A stretch of 64,000 bases of DNA from the human T2T-CHM13v2.0 reference genome, Homo sapiens, in the NCBI RefSeq assembly GCF_009914755.1, contig NC_060940.1, one strand, 5' to 3'. The translations under genes and the position numbers were made by a program. Under the pieces are notes generated by a model, which did not search any database, was not told where the DNA came from, and saw only the letters and a list, made by a program, of their open reading frames with translations. The stretch's first letter is position 1, and each line of letters opens with the position of its first letter. Below, in pieces: positions 1 through 12,630 of this stretch.

Positions 1-161
1 AAGTCAGGTAAACTCAAACTAATTAGCAAGAAAAAATCCCATCATAAAATGGGCTAAGGACAATTCTCAAAAGAATATATGAAATTGCCAACAAACATAT
101 GAAAAAATGCTCAAAATCACAAATGATCAGGGAACTGCAAATCAAAACCACAGTGTGATAC
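1..161 (+). mobile_element. LINE-1 ORF2 3' fragment (L1PB1-like), upstream part of the element that resumes at ~4011
   Basis: aaatgggctaagga...aaacatatgaaaaaatgctca...caaatcaaaaccacagtgtgatac aligns by eye with ORF2 sequence at ~42080-42219 of the full-length L1 in this window. Confidence 0.88.
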
Positions 162-3100
162 GATATGTATACTATCATATCATATGTATGCACTATATAG
201 TATACATATATACTATACTATAGTATATATAGTATATATACAGTGTATATACTATATACTATATAGTATATATTATATATATAGTATATATAGTACATAT
301 AATATACTATATAGTATATATCCTATATATGGTATAATATACAGTATATAATATATACCATATATATTATATAATATATAATATATACCATATATATTAT
401 ATAATATATAATATAAACCATATATATTATATTTTATATAATATAATATATTATACATTATATTGTATTATATTTTATATAATATAATATACATTATATT
501 GTATTATATTTTATATAATATATATTATATTGTATTATATTTTATATAATATAATATAATATATATTATATTGTATCATATATTATCTAATTATATATAT
601 TATATATGAATATTATATATATAATATATATAATATACATTATATATCTAATATATATTATATATAATAATATATAATTATATCTAATATATATATTATA
701 TATAATATGTATAAAATATAAGTTATATAATGTATATATAATATATAATATATAATATATATAATTATATAAAATATATATAATTATATAAATATATATA
801 AAATATATATAATTATATATAATATATAATTATATATCATATTATATATATTTATATATTATAAATGTATATTAATATATATATTATGTAATTATATATT
901 AGATAATATATATTATATACTGTATAATATAGTATACTATACTATATATAGTACATATAGTATATATAATATAGTATGTATAGTACATATAATATAGTAT
1001 ATATAGTATAGTATATATAATACATATGGTATATATAGTATATATAATATGGCGTATATATAGTATATATAATATGGTATATATAGTATATATAATATAC
1101 TATGTTATTTGCTCCATGATTTATTTCTACATGTTTGTAGAAATAATATTTGTATACATATGCTTGTATACATATATTTTTGTATATATATGTTTGTGTA
1201 TATATGTACATATATATTTGTATATACGTATATATATGTTTGTAGTACATATAAATATATTATATATTATATATAATATATACTGTATAATATAGTATAG
1301 TATATAGTATAGTATATATAGTATATATATAGTATAGTATATATAGTATATATATAATATAGTATACATAGTATATATATAATATAGTATACATAGTATA
1401 TATATAATATAGTATACATAGTATATATATAATATAGTATACATAGTATATATATAATATAGTCTATATAGTATATATAGTATATATGCTATAGTCTATA
1501 TAGTATATATAGTATATATACTATAGTCTATATAGTATATATAGTATATATACTATAGTCTATATAGTATATATAGTATATATACTATAGTCTATATAGT
1601 ATATATAGTATATATACTATAGTCTATATAGTATATATAGTATATATACTATAGTCTATATAGTATATATAGTATATATACTATAGTCTATATAGTATAT
1701 ATGATATACTATACATACTAAACTATAGTATATATAGTATATATTGTATATAGTATATACAATACACAATATACTGTGTATTGTATATAGTAATACAATA
1801 CACAGTATATTGTGTATTGTATATAGTAATACAATACACAATATACTGTGTTTTGTATATAGTTTATACAATACACAATATATTGTGTATTGTATATAGT
1901 ATATACAATATACAGTATATTGTGTATTGTATATAGTATATACAATATATACAATGTAGTATATATTGTATATATAGTATATATAGGTATATAGTATATA
2001 TTATATATAGTATACATATATACTATATATACTATATATATACCATATATACCATATCATATATACTATATATACCATATCATATATACTATATATACCA
2101 TATTATATATACTATATATACACCATATTATATATAATATATACTATACTATATATACTATATTATATGTATTATATATACTATATTATATATACTATAT
2201 GTACTATACTATACTATATTATACAGTATATAATATATATTATCTAATATATAATTACATAATATATATTTATATACATTTATATATAATATATATTATA
2301 TATAATATATACATAATTATATATAAGTATACATATATTATATATAATATATGTATTATATATACATTATATAATTTATATTTTATATAATATATATTAT
2401 ATATTATCAGATATAATATATATTATATCTGATAATATATTATTAGATATTATATATATTATATTAGATAATATATTATCAGATATAATATATATTAGAT
2501 ATATATATTATTAGATATAATGTATATTATATATAATATATTATTAGATATAATATATAATATATATTATTAGATATAATATATAATATATATAATTAGA
2601 TATAATATATAATATATTATATATATTATTAGATATAATATATAATATATATATTATTAGATATAATATATAATATATATATTATTAGATATAATATATA
2701 ATATATATATTATTAGATATAATATATAATATATATATTATTAGATATAATATATAATATATATATTATTAGATATAATATATAATATATATATTATTAG
2801 ATATAATATATAATATATATATTATTAGATATAATATATAATATATTATATATATTATTAGATATAATATATAATATATTATATATATTATTAGATATAA
2901 TATATAATATATTATATATATTATTAGATATAATATATAATATATTATATATATTATTAGATATAATATATAATATATTATATATATTATTAGATATAAT
3001 ATATAATATATTATATATATTATTAGATATAATATATAATATATTATATATATTATTAGATATAATATATAATATATTATATATATTATTAGATATAATA

Positions 3101-4010
3101 TATAATATATTATATATATTATTAGATATAATATATAATATATTAGATATATTATTAGATATAATATATAATATATTAGATATAATAATATATTATATCT
3201 AATATATATTATTATATCTAATATATATTATATTAGATATAATAATATATTATTATATCTAATATATTATTATATCTAATATATTATTATATCTAATATA
3301 TATTATATTGATATAATATATTATTATATCTAAGATATTATATCTAATATATTAGATATAATAATATATTATTATATCTAAGATATTATTATATCTAATA
3401 CATATTATATTAGATATAATATATTATTATACCTAATATATTATATCTTATATATATTAGATATAATATATATTAGATCTAATATTTATTATATCTAATA
3501 TATATTAGATATAATATATATTAGATCTAATATATATTATATCTAATATATATTAGATATAATAATATATTAGATCTAATATTTATTAGATCTAATATAT
3601 ATTAGATTAGATATAATAATATATATTATATATAATATATATTATATATTATATCTAATATATTATATATTAGATATATAATGTATATTATATACAATAT
3701 ATTATATGTAATATTCATATATAAGATATAATTAGATAATATATAATACAATATAAAATATTATATTATATTATATAAAATATAATATACTATATATACT
3801 ATATACTATAGTATATACTATGTATAATATAGTATATATTATATATAGTATATATTATATATACTGTATATAGTGTGTATATATATATTATTGTGTATTT
3901 TATATATTGTATTTATATATAAATATATAGTACATTATATATACATTGTATATATTTATAGTGTATATATATAGTATATATACACAATAATATATACACA
4001 CACACACCCA
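162..4010. repeat. ~3.85 kb AT-rich low-complexity compound minisatellite with tandem and palindromic sub-arrays
   Basis: Almost pure A/T. Periodic blocks: 30 bp x3 (351-440), 25 bp x~4 (~1347-1461), 32 bp x7.5 (1462-~1700), 36-37 bp palindromic units (~1750-1935), 28 bp x7 (2631-2826), 33 bp x9 (2827-3123). Ends in a (CA)n run. Confidence 0.97.
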
Positions 4011-4385
4011 CACACAATGGAATACTACTCAGCCATAAAAAGGAACACATTAATGGCATTCACAGCAACCTAGATGGAACTGGAGACTAGTGTTCTAAGT
4101 GCAGTAACTCAGGAATGGAAAAACAAACGTCATCTGTTCTCACTCATAAGTTGGAGCTAAGCTATAAGGATGCAAAGGCATAAGAATGATACAATGAACT
4201 TTAGGGACTTGGACAGAAGGATAGGAGGCGGGTGAGGGATAAAAGACTACAAATTGGATTCAGTGTATACTGCTTGGGTGATGTGTGCACTAAAATTTCA
4301 CAAATCACCACTAAAGAACTTACTCATGTAACCAAGTACCACCTGTTTCCCAAAAACCTATGGAAATAAAATTTTTAAAAAAGAA
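4011..4385 (+). mobile_element. L1PB1-like LINE-1 3' end (end of ORF2, 3' UTR, A-rich tail)
   Basis: acaatggaatactactcagccataaaaagg...gatgcaaaggcataagaatgatacaatg...caccactaaagaacttactcatgtaacc...cctatggaaataaa; the same sequence is present inverted at 58678-59050. Confidence 0.92.
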
Positions 4386-4621
4386 TAAGTATATCATTTT
4401 AGTTATTTAATATGGTTTTATCAAGTGGGTGAACAAAGGATAATTTACTCCTCTATTGCTGAGGATGTAAGTCGTTTCTAAGTTTACATATTTATAAACA
4501 GTTCTATGATTATTGTATTTCTATGGAAAATATGCTACATATATATTACTTTCCAAAAAAATAACAGAAATGGCATTACTATGAAGAAAATAATTAACAC
4601 ATTGAGTGATTTTTAAATTAA

Positions 4622-4977
<356 letters not shown>

Positions 4978-5274
4978 AGCTTCTTAATCAAAACAGATTA
5001 TTATTTTTTAAATGGTTCTAGGTTTAAAACAGTTAAAGTAATTCATATTTCATTATTTTTCATTACTAGTTATCAAACTTTGCTTTCCATGTGCCTATTT
5101 ATGCTTATCTTTAACTATAAATGATTGGTGTGTGTCCCTTGTTCATTGTGTACTGAGGTCCTATGGTTTTTTATTAGCTTAGTTAATATTTTTGTATGCT
5201 AAAAAATCAGCTCTTTGTCTACTATCTACATTGAGAATATATTTCTAGTCTGATTTTTTGCTTTTATTTTTAAT

Positions 5275-6410
5275 TACCTTTATTTCTCACAGCAGTTTTG
5301 GGTTTACAGAAAAATGGCAAACATGGTGCACAGTTCCCAAATAGCCCTCAACCAGTTAATATCTTACAGTAAGATGGCATATTTTTTACAATTAATGAAT
5401 CAATATTGATATATTACTACTAATTAAAGTCCATACTTTATTCAGAGCCCTGTATTTGTTACCTAATATCCTTTTTCTCTTCTGGAATCCCATCCAGGAT
5501 ATAACATTACATTTATTTGTAATGTTGTCTTATGCTCCTTTGGCTGTGACAGTTTTCTCAGACTTTCCTTGATTCTGATGACCTTAAGAGTTCTGAGGAG
5601 TATTGGTCAGACAATTTTTTTTTTTTTTTTGAGACAGAGTCTTGCTCTGTCACCCAGGCTGTAGTGCAATGGCACAATCTCGGCCCACTGCAACCTCCTC
5701 TTCCTGGGTTCAAGCGATTCTCCTGCCTCAGCCTCCTGAGTAGCTGAGATTACAGGCGAACGCCACCACGCCCTGGTATTTTTAGTAGAGACGGAATTTC
5801 ACTATGTTGGCCAGGCTGGTCTCAAACTCCTGACCTCGTGATCCTCCCACCTCGGCCTCCCAAAGTGCTGGGATTACAGGCATGAGCCACCAAGCCCCGC
5901 CCAGACAATTTTTAATACATTGCTCAGTGGGTCTGACTGGGGTTTTGGAGAGGAAGAACACAGAGGTAAAGTGCTATTTTCATTATATCATATCAAGGAT
6001 ACAGACCATTAACACGACTCAACTTATCACTGTCAATGTTGACTTGATCACCTGGCTAAAGTAATGCTTTTCAAATCTCTCTCCTGCAAAGTTACTATCC
6101 CTCTATTCCTTTCCATACTGTGATCTTCAGGAGAAAGTCACTATGCACAGACCACACTAAGATGTTGGAGGTTATATGCGACCTTCTAAAGGATGGAGGA
6201 TCTATATACTTTTTTGGGGGATTTTTCTGCATTGGAGATTTATCTTTTCTTTCTTTCTTAATTTTTTATCTATAGCAGTATGAATTCATGGATATTTATT
6301 GTGTACTTTGGGCTACAATCTAATACTCCTTTACTTAGTTGCATAGATTGTTCCAGATTTGGCCATTGGAAACTCTTTTAATTGGCTCTTGTGTCCTTTT
6401 GACATTGGGT
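5275..6410 (-). mobile_element. L1MC4-like 3' end, interrupted by an Alu
   Basis: ttacagaaaaatggcaaac...aaagtccatactttattcag...cccatccaggat...ggctgtgacagttttctcagactttccttg resembles the L1MC 3' UTR; resumes after 5913. Confidence 0.75.
5615..5901 (-). mobile_element. AluS (Sg/Sc-like) with 12-bp TSD
   Basis: Alu consensus blocks; TSD cagacaattttt at 5608-5619 and 5902-5913; central A-rich linker shortened. Confidence 0.96.
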
Positions 6411-6689
6411 CTCTTGCTTTTTAAATTGGGCTGTTTTTTGTGCATACCTGTCAGTTCATTTGTGAAATGTGTGTGGAAATTTTGCCTGTGGATGTGTATG
6501 GGTTTTAATTTATCATCTTACTGATGTTGATAATGGGATAGACAGAGAAATCACATAAGAAACCCTGAAGCAATATGATATCAGCTTTATTTGATGGGTA
6601 AAGTAGCTTTCATTGAAATCAAACAGACCTAGATTTGAAAACCACTATGGGAGATTATTACAGTAATAGCCATCAATAAATTATGCTTC

Positions 6690-7132
6690 CTAAAATATGT
6701 TATGAAAATCATTCTCCCCCGCCGCCCCCCGACCAGCAGATTGACTGTAGGCTTGATAATGTAAATTTCTTTGGCTAACGAGATGTAAGCTAACTTGACA
6801 CAGAGAGGCTTGATAAGCACTTGCACACAAACTTGAAGTCTTGGAATTCTGTGACCACTCTGTAAGAACACTAGTGCTATCCTGCTGGAAAGGACATGAG
6901 AAAAAAGACAAACATCTCAGCTGAAATCCCAGTTCATTAGGCATGCGAATGCAGCCATCTTGCAATAAATAGCCTCACTCACCATCTAATAACTATGCAC
7001 ACATACTTGACTCAAGGAGAATTTAGCAGAAGAGCTACTTAGCTGAGCCCAGTCCAAAAATGAGTGTGCAAATAAATTGTTGCTTATAATTCAATATATT
7101 GTTAGTTTATTATATTGAAAAGGTTAGCAGAC
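6690..7132 (+). mobile_element. MaLR LTR, MLT1G-like, degraded
   Basis: tttctttggctaacgagatg...agaggcttgataagcacttgc...agctgagcccagtccaaa...aaataaattgttgc. Confidence 0.55.
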
Positions 7133-7270
7133 TTAAGACCTAGTTCCAGAAGTGGACTTCAAAGCTATGTGGATAAGGAATACTAGTTTTTGTAATTTCA
7201 GTTTATTACTTTAGCTCCCTGAACTTCAGTTGTCCATCTATTGCATAGGAATAATAATACCTACCTACTC

Positions 7271-7565
<295 letters not shown>

Positions 7566-8896
7566 AATGAAATCATGCTTATCAAGTGTCCCACCGAGAG
7601 CTGGAATGCTGAAGTGGCTCAGACCTTATCCTCAGCCATTTCCTAAAACACAATCACTAAAATGTTCCTTCCTTTCCCAAACATGCTGTTAGATAAATCA
7701 GAGTCCAATTGCAATAAAGAAGATTGCAAATTAAGCTTATTCAATGCAGCAGGAATGGAATATGAACCACTGTCTCATCCACAAAAAATGTGACCCCAGA
7801 AGTGTGCCACCTGATTGCTATCTGGGACATTTTGACAGGCCTTCTAGTGCCATTTCTAAATGGAACCATCAAAGCATTTTATTCCAGATATCTGAAGCCA
7901 AACTCAGCCTCTCTTCCTCATTTCCCATCTCCTAGAAATAATTCTGAAGGCAAGGTTGTGCTTTAATGTGTAGATTTTATGTGAGAAAATAGGTGTCTTG
8001 AAAACAAAGATATATAGGCATAGCATGAGAAAATCCAGCATTGCAGAAGAGTACATGTGACTGGGAGATAGGGACAGAGACTCAACACTCTGTTCTTTCT
8101 GGTGAGAGGAAAGTTACGCAGAAAGAGTCTGGGTTTAGTTATGGTTTTGTACTAGCATTTAAGACTGAGGCTCATCACTAACTTACCTCTAATGTTTTTT
8201 CTCTATCATTCTATTATGTATTAATGTCTTCAAATAGACAGATTGAATGTAATTGGTTATGTCTCATGACATATTAAGAAAAATGGTATTCAAATTTTGA
8301 CCCACTAGAAAGTAATTATTTAAATTGTCAGAGTCATAGTGCTTTTTCATCTGCCAAATTTGTATTAGGCAACTTAATTTCTTAAATCAGACTCAGGGTC
8401 TTAACATACACATATGGCACATACACACTTATAAAGAAACACTGACACATATGCATGAATAACCATGCATAAGCATTCACCCAGGTACACATATAAAAAT
8501 ACACACCCTCCTTCACAAATACAGACATTTCCATCATCGCCATCATTGCCATTATTGAGTGACTGCAGGAGTTTTATATAACTTTCTCACATACTTTTAG
8601 CAGGCCTCACCCATGGGTAAGACAAGCTGATGTGGTACTGTCAGAACCCCCAGTGAGTACCGAGATATGGGCATCCGGGTGGTGAGCATCACAGAGCACC
8701 TTGGGGGAAGGGAGTCCAATATTCATCGGACTCCACTTGTCCTTTCACTCTCCTCCATAAAAATATGCCATATTGACTCTCAAAAGAGGGCAACCAAAAA
8801 GAACCAGATGTGACAGGTTCTGGTTCTACCTCTTTCACTACCTTTTCTTGTGACTTTGTACAAGTCACTTTCCTTCTTGGAACATTAGTTTCTGGT

Positions 8897-10865
8897 GGGG
8901 ACTTCCAGTTCCAGCCAAGATGGAGTAGGCTCACAATATCCTGTCTCTCCTACTGACTATAACTAAAACCTATGGATAGAATGCAAAAAGCAAATACCTA
9001 CAATCTCTGAGAAGGATACAGGTTGATCGGGAAAAGAAGTCAGAATTTGAAGAATGACCAATATCGCAGGGGTATTCTTTTTTTCTCCTTTGTCTCCCAG
9101 TTTTGATCCAAGAACAAAACTGCACAGCAGATGTGGAGAGCAAAACCTTTGAGAGACTCTAGCCAGAAAAGGGGTTCCTGTGTACCAAAGAGCATGGGAT
9201 CCCTATGAACAAGAGACACACAATTTTTTTTTCTCTCCCAGTTATGCCCAGAGGCCAGCTTGAATTGCTGTGTGATGGTGGCAGCAATGCAGAGGGTTGA
9301 AAAGTAAAGCCCCAAAAGAAGAAGCCATCTCTGAGGTCAGGTAGTCTGTGCTTCGAAGAGTGTGTTTGTTAGTGGGGGAGGCCAGAAGCCATATTGTTTT
9401 TTCTCTATTTTTCTCTGATTGTATTGCCCCGAGGTCAGCCTCAGATATGTGGGAATGGCCAGCAGCAGATAAACCCTCTGAAGAACATTGCTTTCTGGTT
9501 AGAAAAACAAAACAGGGGAAAAGATTGTTGAGAGCTGGAAAACTTGGGTGTATTAACCACCAGAAATCTCAAGTTCATGCCTGAGGTGCACTTGCACAGA
9601 ACAGATCTAAGAAACACAGCAAAGTTTCCAAGAACTGAGTTAGAATATCAACCATCACCCAAGGTTGGTGACAGTTTACACAGTCAAACGAACTCCTGAG
9701 GGATGCAGGACAGGGTCATTGCCAAGACTGGAAACAGAACTTAGGTTGGACCCTCCAAAGGCAAGGCAGAGCTTGTTGTGATCTGTACCTAACCAAAACT
9801 GTCAAAACAAAACACATCAGTGTCCTCCAGATGATTTTAACAGGAGTTGGAGTCTCACAATACAATATTTAACCATCCATAATACAGTCCAAGATGAATT
9901 GACATAAAAGGAACCAGAAAATTGTGAAGAATTCTTAGGGGTAGGCCTTGGTGCACTATAGTCCATGCAGCAAATTTGTACTAGCACCAGGATTAGTATG
10001 GCTCTGAAGATAAGAATAATTTGTACATTTCTTAATGATTGAAAAAATCAGAAAACTATTTGTAAAACGTGAATATTTTATGTCAGTCAAATTTCAGTAT
10101 CTATGTCTAATGTTTTATCGGAATACAACTACACTCATTCATTCATGTGTTGTCTGCTGCAGCTTTCATGCTGCAATGTCAGAGTTGAGAAGTTGCCGCA
10201 GAGACGATATGTCCCACACAGCTAAAAACAATTACTATCTGACCCTTGACAGAAAAAGTGTGCCGATCCTCACCACAGAAAAACAGAATCCCAATAAATA
10301 TCCATGCTTGAGATGACCTAGATGTTGGAATTACCAGACAAAGACTTTAACGTAGATATTATAGTCACATTCAATGAGATAAGGATTAGTGTATAGAAAG
10401 ATAGAGGTTCTCAAAAAACAACTCTAAAAACAGAACCAAATTGAAATTTTAGAATTGAAAAATGCAGTGTCTTAAGCAAAGATAGTCACTAGATAGAATC
10501 AATAACAGAATGGAGATAAGAGAAGAAAAAGTAAGCTTACAGATACATCAATTAAATTATTCAAACTGAAGAATATAAAGAAAAAAATGAGTGGGGGTGA
10601 AGGAGAAAGAATACTGCTTCAGAAACTCAAGACAATACAAAAAGGTCCACTATTCTTGTCACTGGAGTCCGAGAGGAAGTGAGAAATAGATTGGGTTAGA
10701 AAAAAATTTGAAGTAATAATTATTTTCTCCCAAATTTGGTGAAAGACATATATTTACAGGTTCAAGAAGTTCAGGAAACTCTAAACATAATAAACTCAAT
10801 AAAACGCTGCCCAGACACATCACACTGAAACTCATGAAAACCAAGATAAAAGGAAGGGGTTGAAG
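8897..10865 (+). mobile_element. Ancient L1M 5' region (5' UTR plus degraded ORF1), interrupted by MER58B
   Basis: Starts gacttccagttccagccaagatggag (L1 5' end with YY1-like caagatgg); ORF1-like relics ccaaatttggtgaaagacat...cccagacacatcacactgaaactc. Confidence 0.7.
9942..10271 (+). mobile_element. MER58B (hAT-Charlie non-autonomous DNA transposon)
   Basis: aaatttcagtatc...gcagctttcatgctgcaatgtcagagttgagaagttgccgcagagac...tactatctgacccttgacagaaaaagtgtgccgatcct. Confidence 0.82.
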
Positions 10866-11087
10866 CAAATAGTTACTAAAATACTCAATGAAATACTACA
10901 TTAAAGAGATAAAGAGGTTGGTCACAGAGTGAGGAATCTGAACTAAAGACAGAAAGTTATGGTTGTAAAAAACTAAATATTTTGGCACCTTAAACCCTCA
11001 CACATAGCATTTTTACCCCAGGAAAATGAAGGCCAGGAAGATTGAATTACTTGGGCAAAGTATTAATAACTCTCAGGCAAGTGGGCA

Positions 11088-11145
11088 GGAAGGAAGAAAG
11101 GAGGGAGGGAGGGAGGGAGGAAAAGAGGAAGGGAGGAGGAAGAAA
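11088..11145 (+). repeat. Polypurine (GGAA/GGGA)n tract
   Basis: ggaaggaagaaaggagggagggagggagggaggaaaagaggaagggaggaggaagaaa. Confidence 0.9.
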
Positions 11146-11719
11146 CAGAAATCTTTGCTGAGTGGAGGAGGTTAGCAGGAATCTTAACACTGACTCAGTA
11201 CCATATGCTTTTCCTTAGAGGTAAGAAGAATATAGTGATCTTCACAAGATGAGTATTTTAGGAGAAAGCAATGCTCTCTGAAGCAACTCGCTTGAGGGCT
11301 AGGACATCCAGACATCCACCGCCCGGGCAGTGGTCAGAATCAAAAAGACGTGGTGCATGCTTGCGAGGAACTATAGAAAGGAGCCCATGAAATATTTTTG
11401 CTTCCTTGGAGAATTTTGCTGAAGTGATGTTTAAATGGGTAGGGGTGGGGAACAGTGTCTTCATTTTTACACAAGGACAAAACTGTTGGAAAATTCAATC
11501 CTAAAAGATGTAGCACTCATTTCAGTGCCAGGAAAAATTAGACAAACTGTTTGTTGATATTATGTAGCCAGAAAAAGAAAAATCAGACAATGGATTTTAA
11601 GCTAAACTCACAAATACTTTGGCAGAGTATGGTTTCTCCTTTTCCTCTACATCCTCCTCCTCATTCTCTTCCTCCTCTTGCTTCTATTTCTCTTCTTCTG
11701 TCTTTCATTTTTCATCTTC

Positions 11720-12544
11720 TTTTTTTAACTTTTATTTTCAGTTCAGGGGTACAAGTGCAGGTTTGCTATATAGGTAAACTTGTAATGTGGGGGTTTGCTG
11801 TACAGATTATTTTTGTCACACAGGTATTAAGCCCAGTATCCATTAGTTATTTCTCCTGATCCTCTCCCTCCTCTGACCCTCCACCCTCCAATAGATCCCA
11901 GTGTGTGTTGTTCCCCTCTATGTGTTCATGTGTTCTCATCATTTAGCTCTCACTTATAAGTGAGAACACGTGGTATTTGGTTTTCTGTTCCTGCATTAGT
12001 TTGCTAAGGATAATGTCCTTCAGCTCCATCCATGTTCCTGCAAAGAATATGATCTTGTTCTTTTTTATGGCTATGTAGTATTCTATGGTGTATTAAAAAA
12101 GTGGGCAGAGGATGTGAACAGACACTTTTCAAAAAAAGACATACATGCAGCCAATAATCATAGGAAAGAAAGCTCGACATAATCAAAAATGCAATTAGAC
12201 ACCATCTCACACCAGTCAGAATGGTTATTAATAAAAAGTCAAAAAATAACAGCTGCTGGCAAGGTTGTAGAGAAAAAGGAAAGTTTATTCACTCTTGGTG
12301 AGAGTGTAAATCAGTTCAACCACTGTGGAAGACAGTGTAGTGATTCCTCAAAGACCTAAAAAGAGAAATATCATTCAACCCAGCAATCCCATTACTGGGC
12401 TTATACTGAAGGGAATATAAATCATTCTAATATAAAGACACATGCATTCATATGGTCATTATGGTACTATTCACAATAGCAAAGACATGGAATCAACCTA
12501 AATGCCCATCGGTGGTAGACTGGATAAAGAAAATGTGGTACATA
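11720..12544 (-). mobile_element. 5'-truncated, 5'-inverted LINE-1 (L1PA13-like): 3' end on minus strand (11720-12092), inverted segment on plus strand (12093-12544)
   Basis: Minus part: ttcaggggtacaagtgcaggtttg...tatggctatgtagtattctatggtgta. Plus part: aaagtgggcagaggatgtgaacagacac...ggataaagaaaatgtggtacata. The two parts are contiguous in L1 coordinates. Confidence 0.9.
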
Positions 12545-12588
12545 TTTTTTTCTCCTCTTCCTTTTCCTTCTTCATGCATCACTCTCAA

Positions 12589-12630
12589 ACACACACACAA
12601 GCACACACACACATGCACATACACACACAC
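12589..12630 (+). repeat. Imperfect (CA)n microsatellite
   Basis: acacacacacaagcacacacacacatgcacatacacacacac. Confidence 0.85.

Noticed and set aside
273-2390. Seven Tyr/Ile-rich ORFs of 61-105 aa
   Set aside because: These are translations of (TA)n-derived low-complexity DNA (TAT and ATA codons); there is no coding signal
1462-3123. Regular 28-37 bp repeats superficially like a CRISPR array
   Set aside because: Units are head-to-tail with no unique spacers, there are no cas genes, and the context is primate genomic DNA
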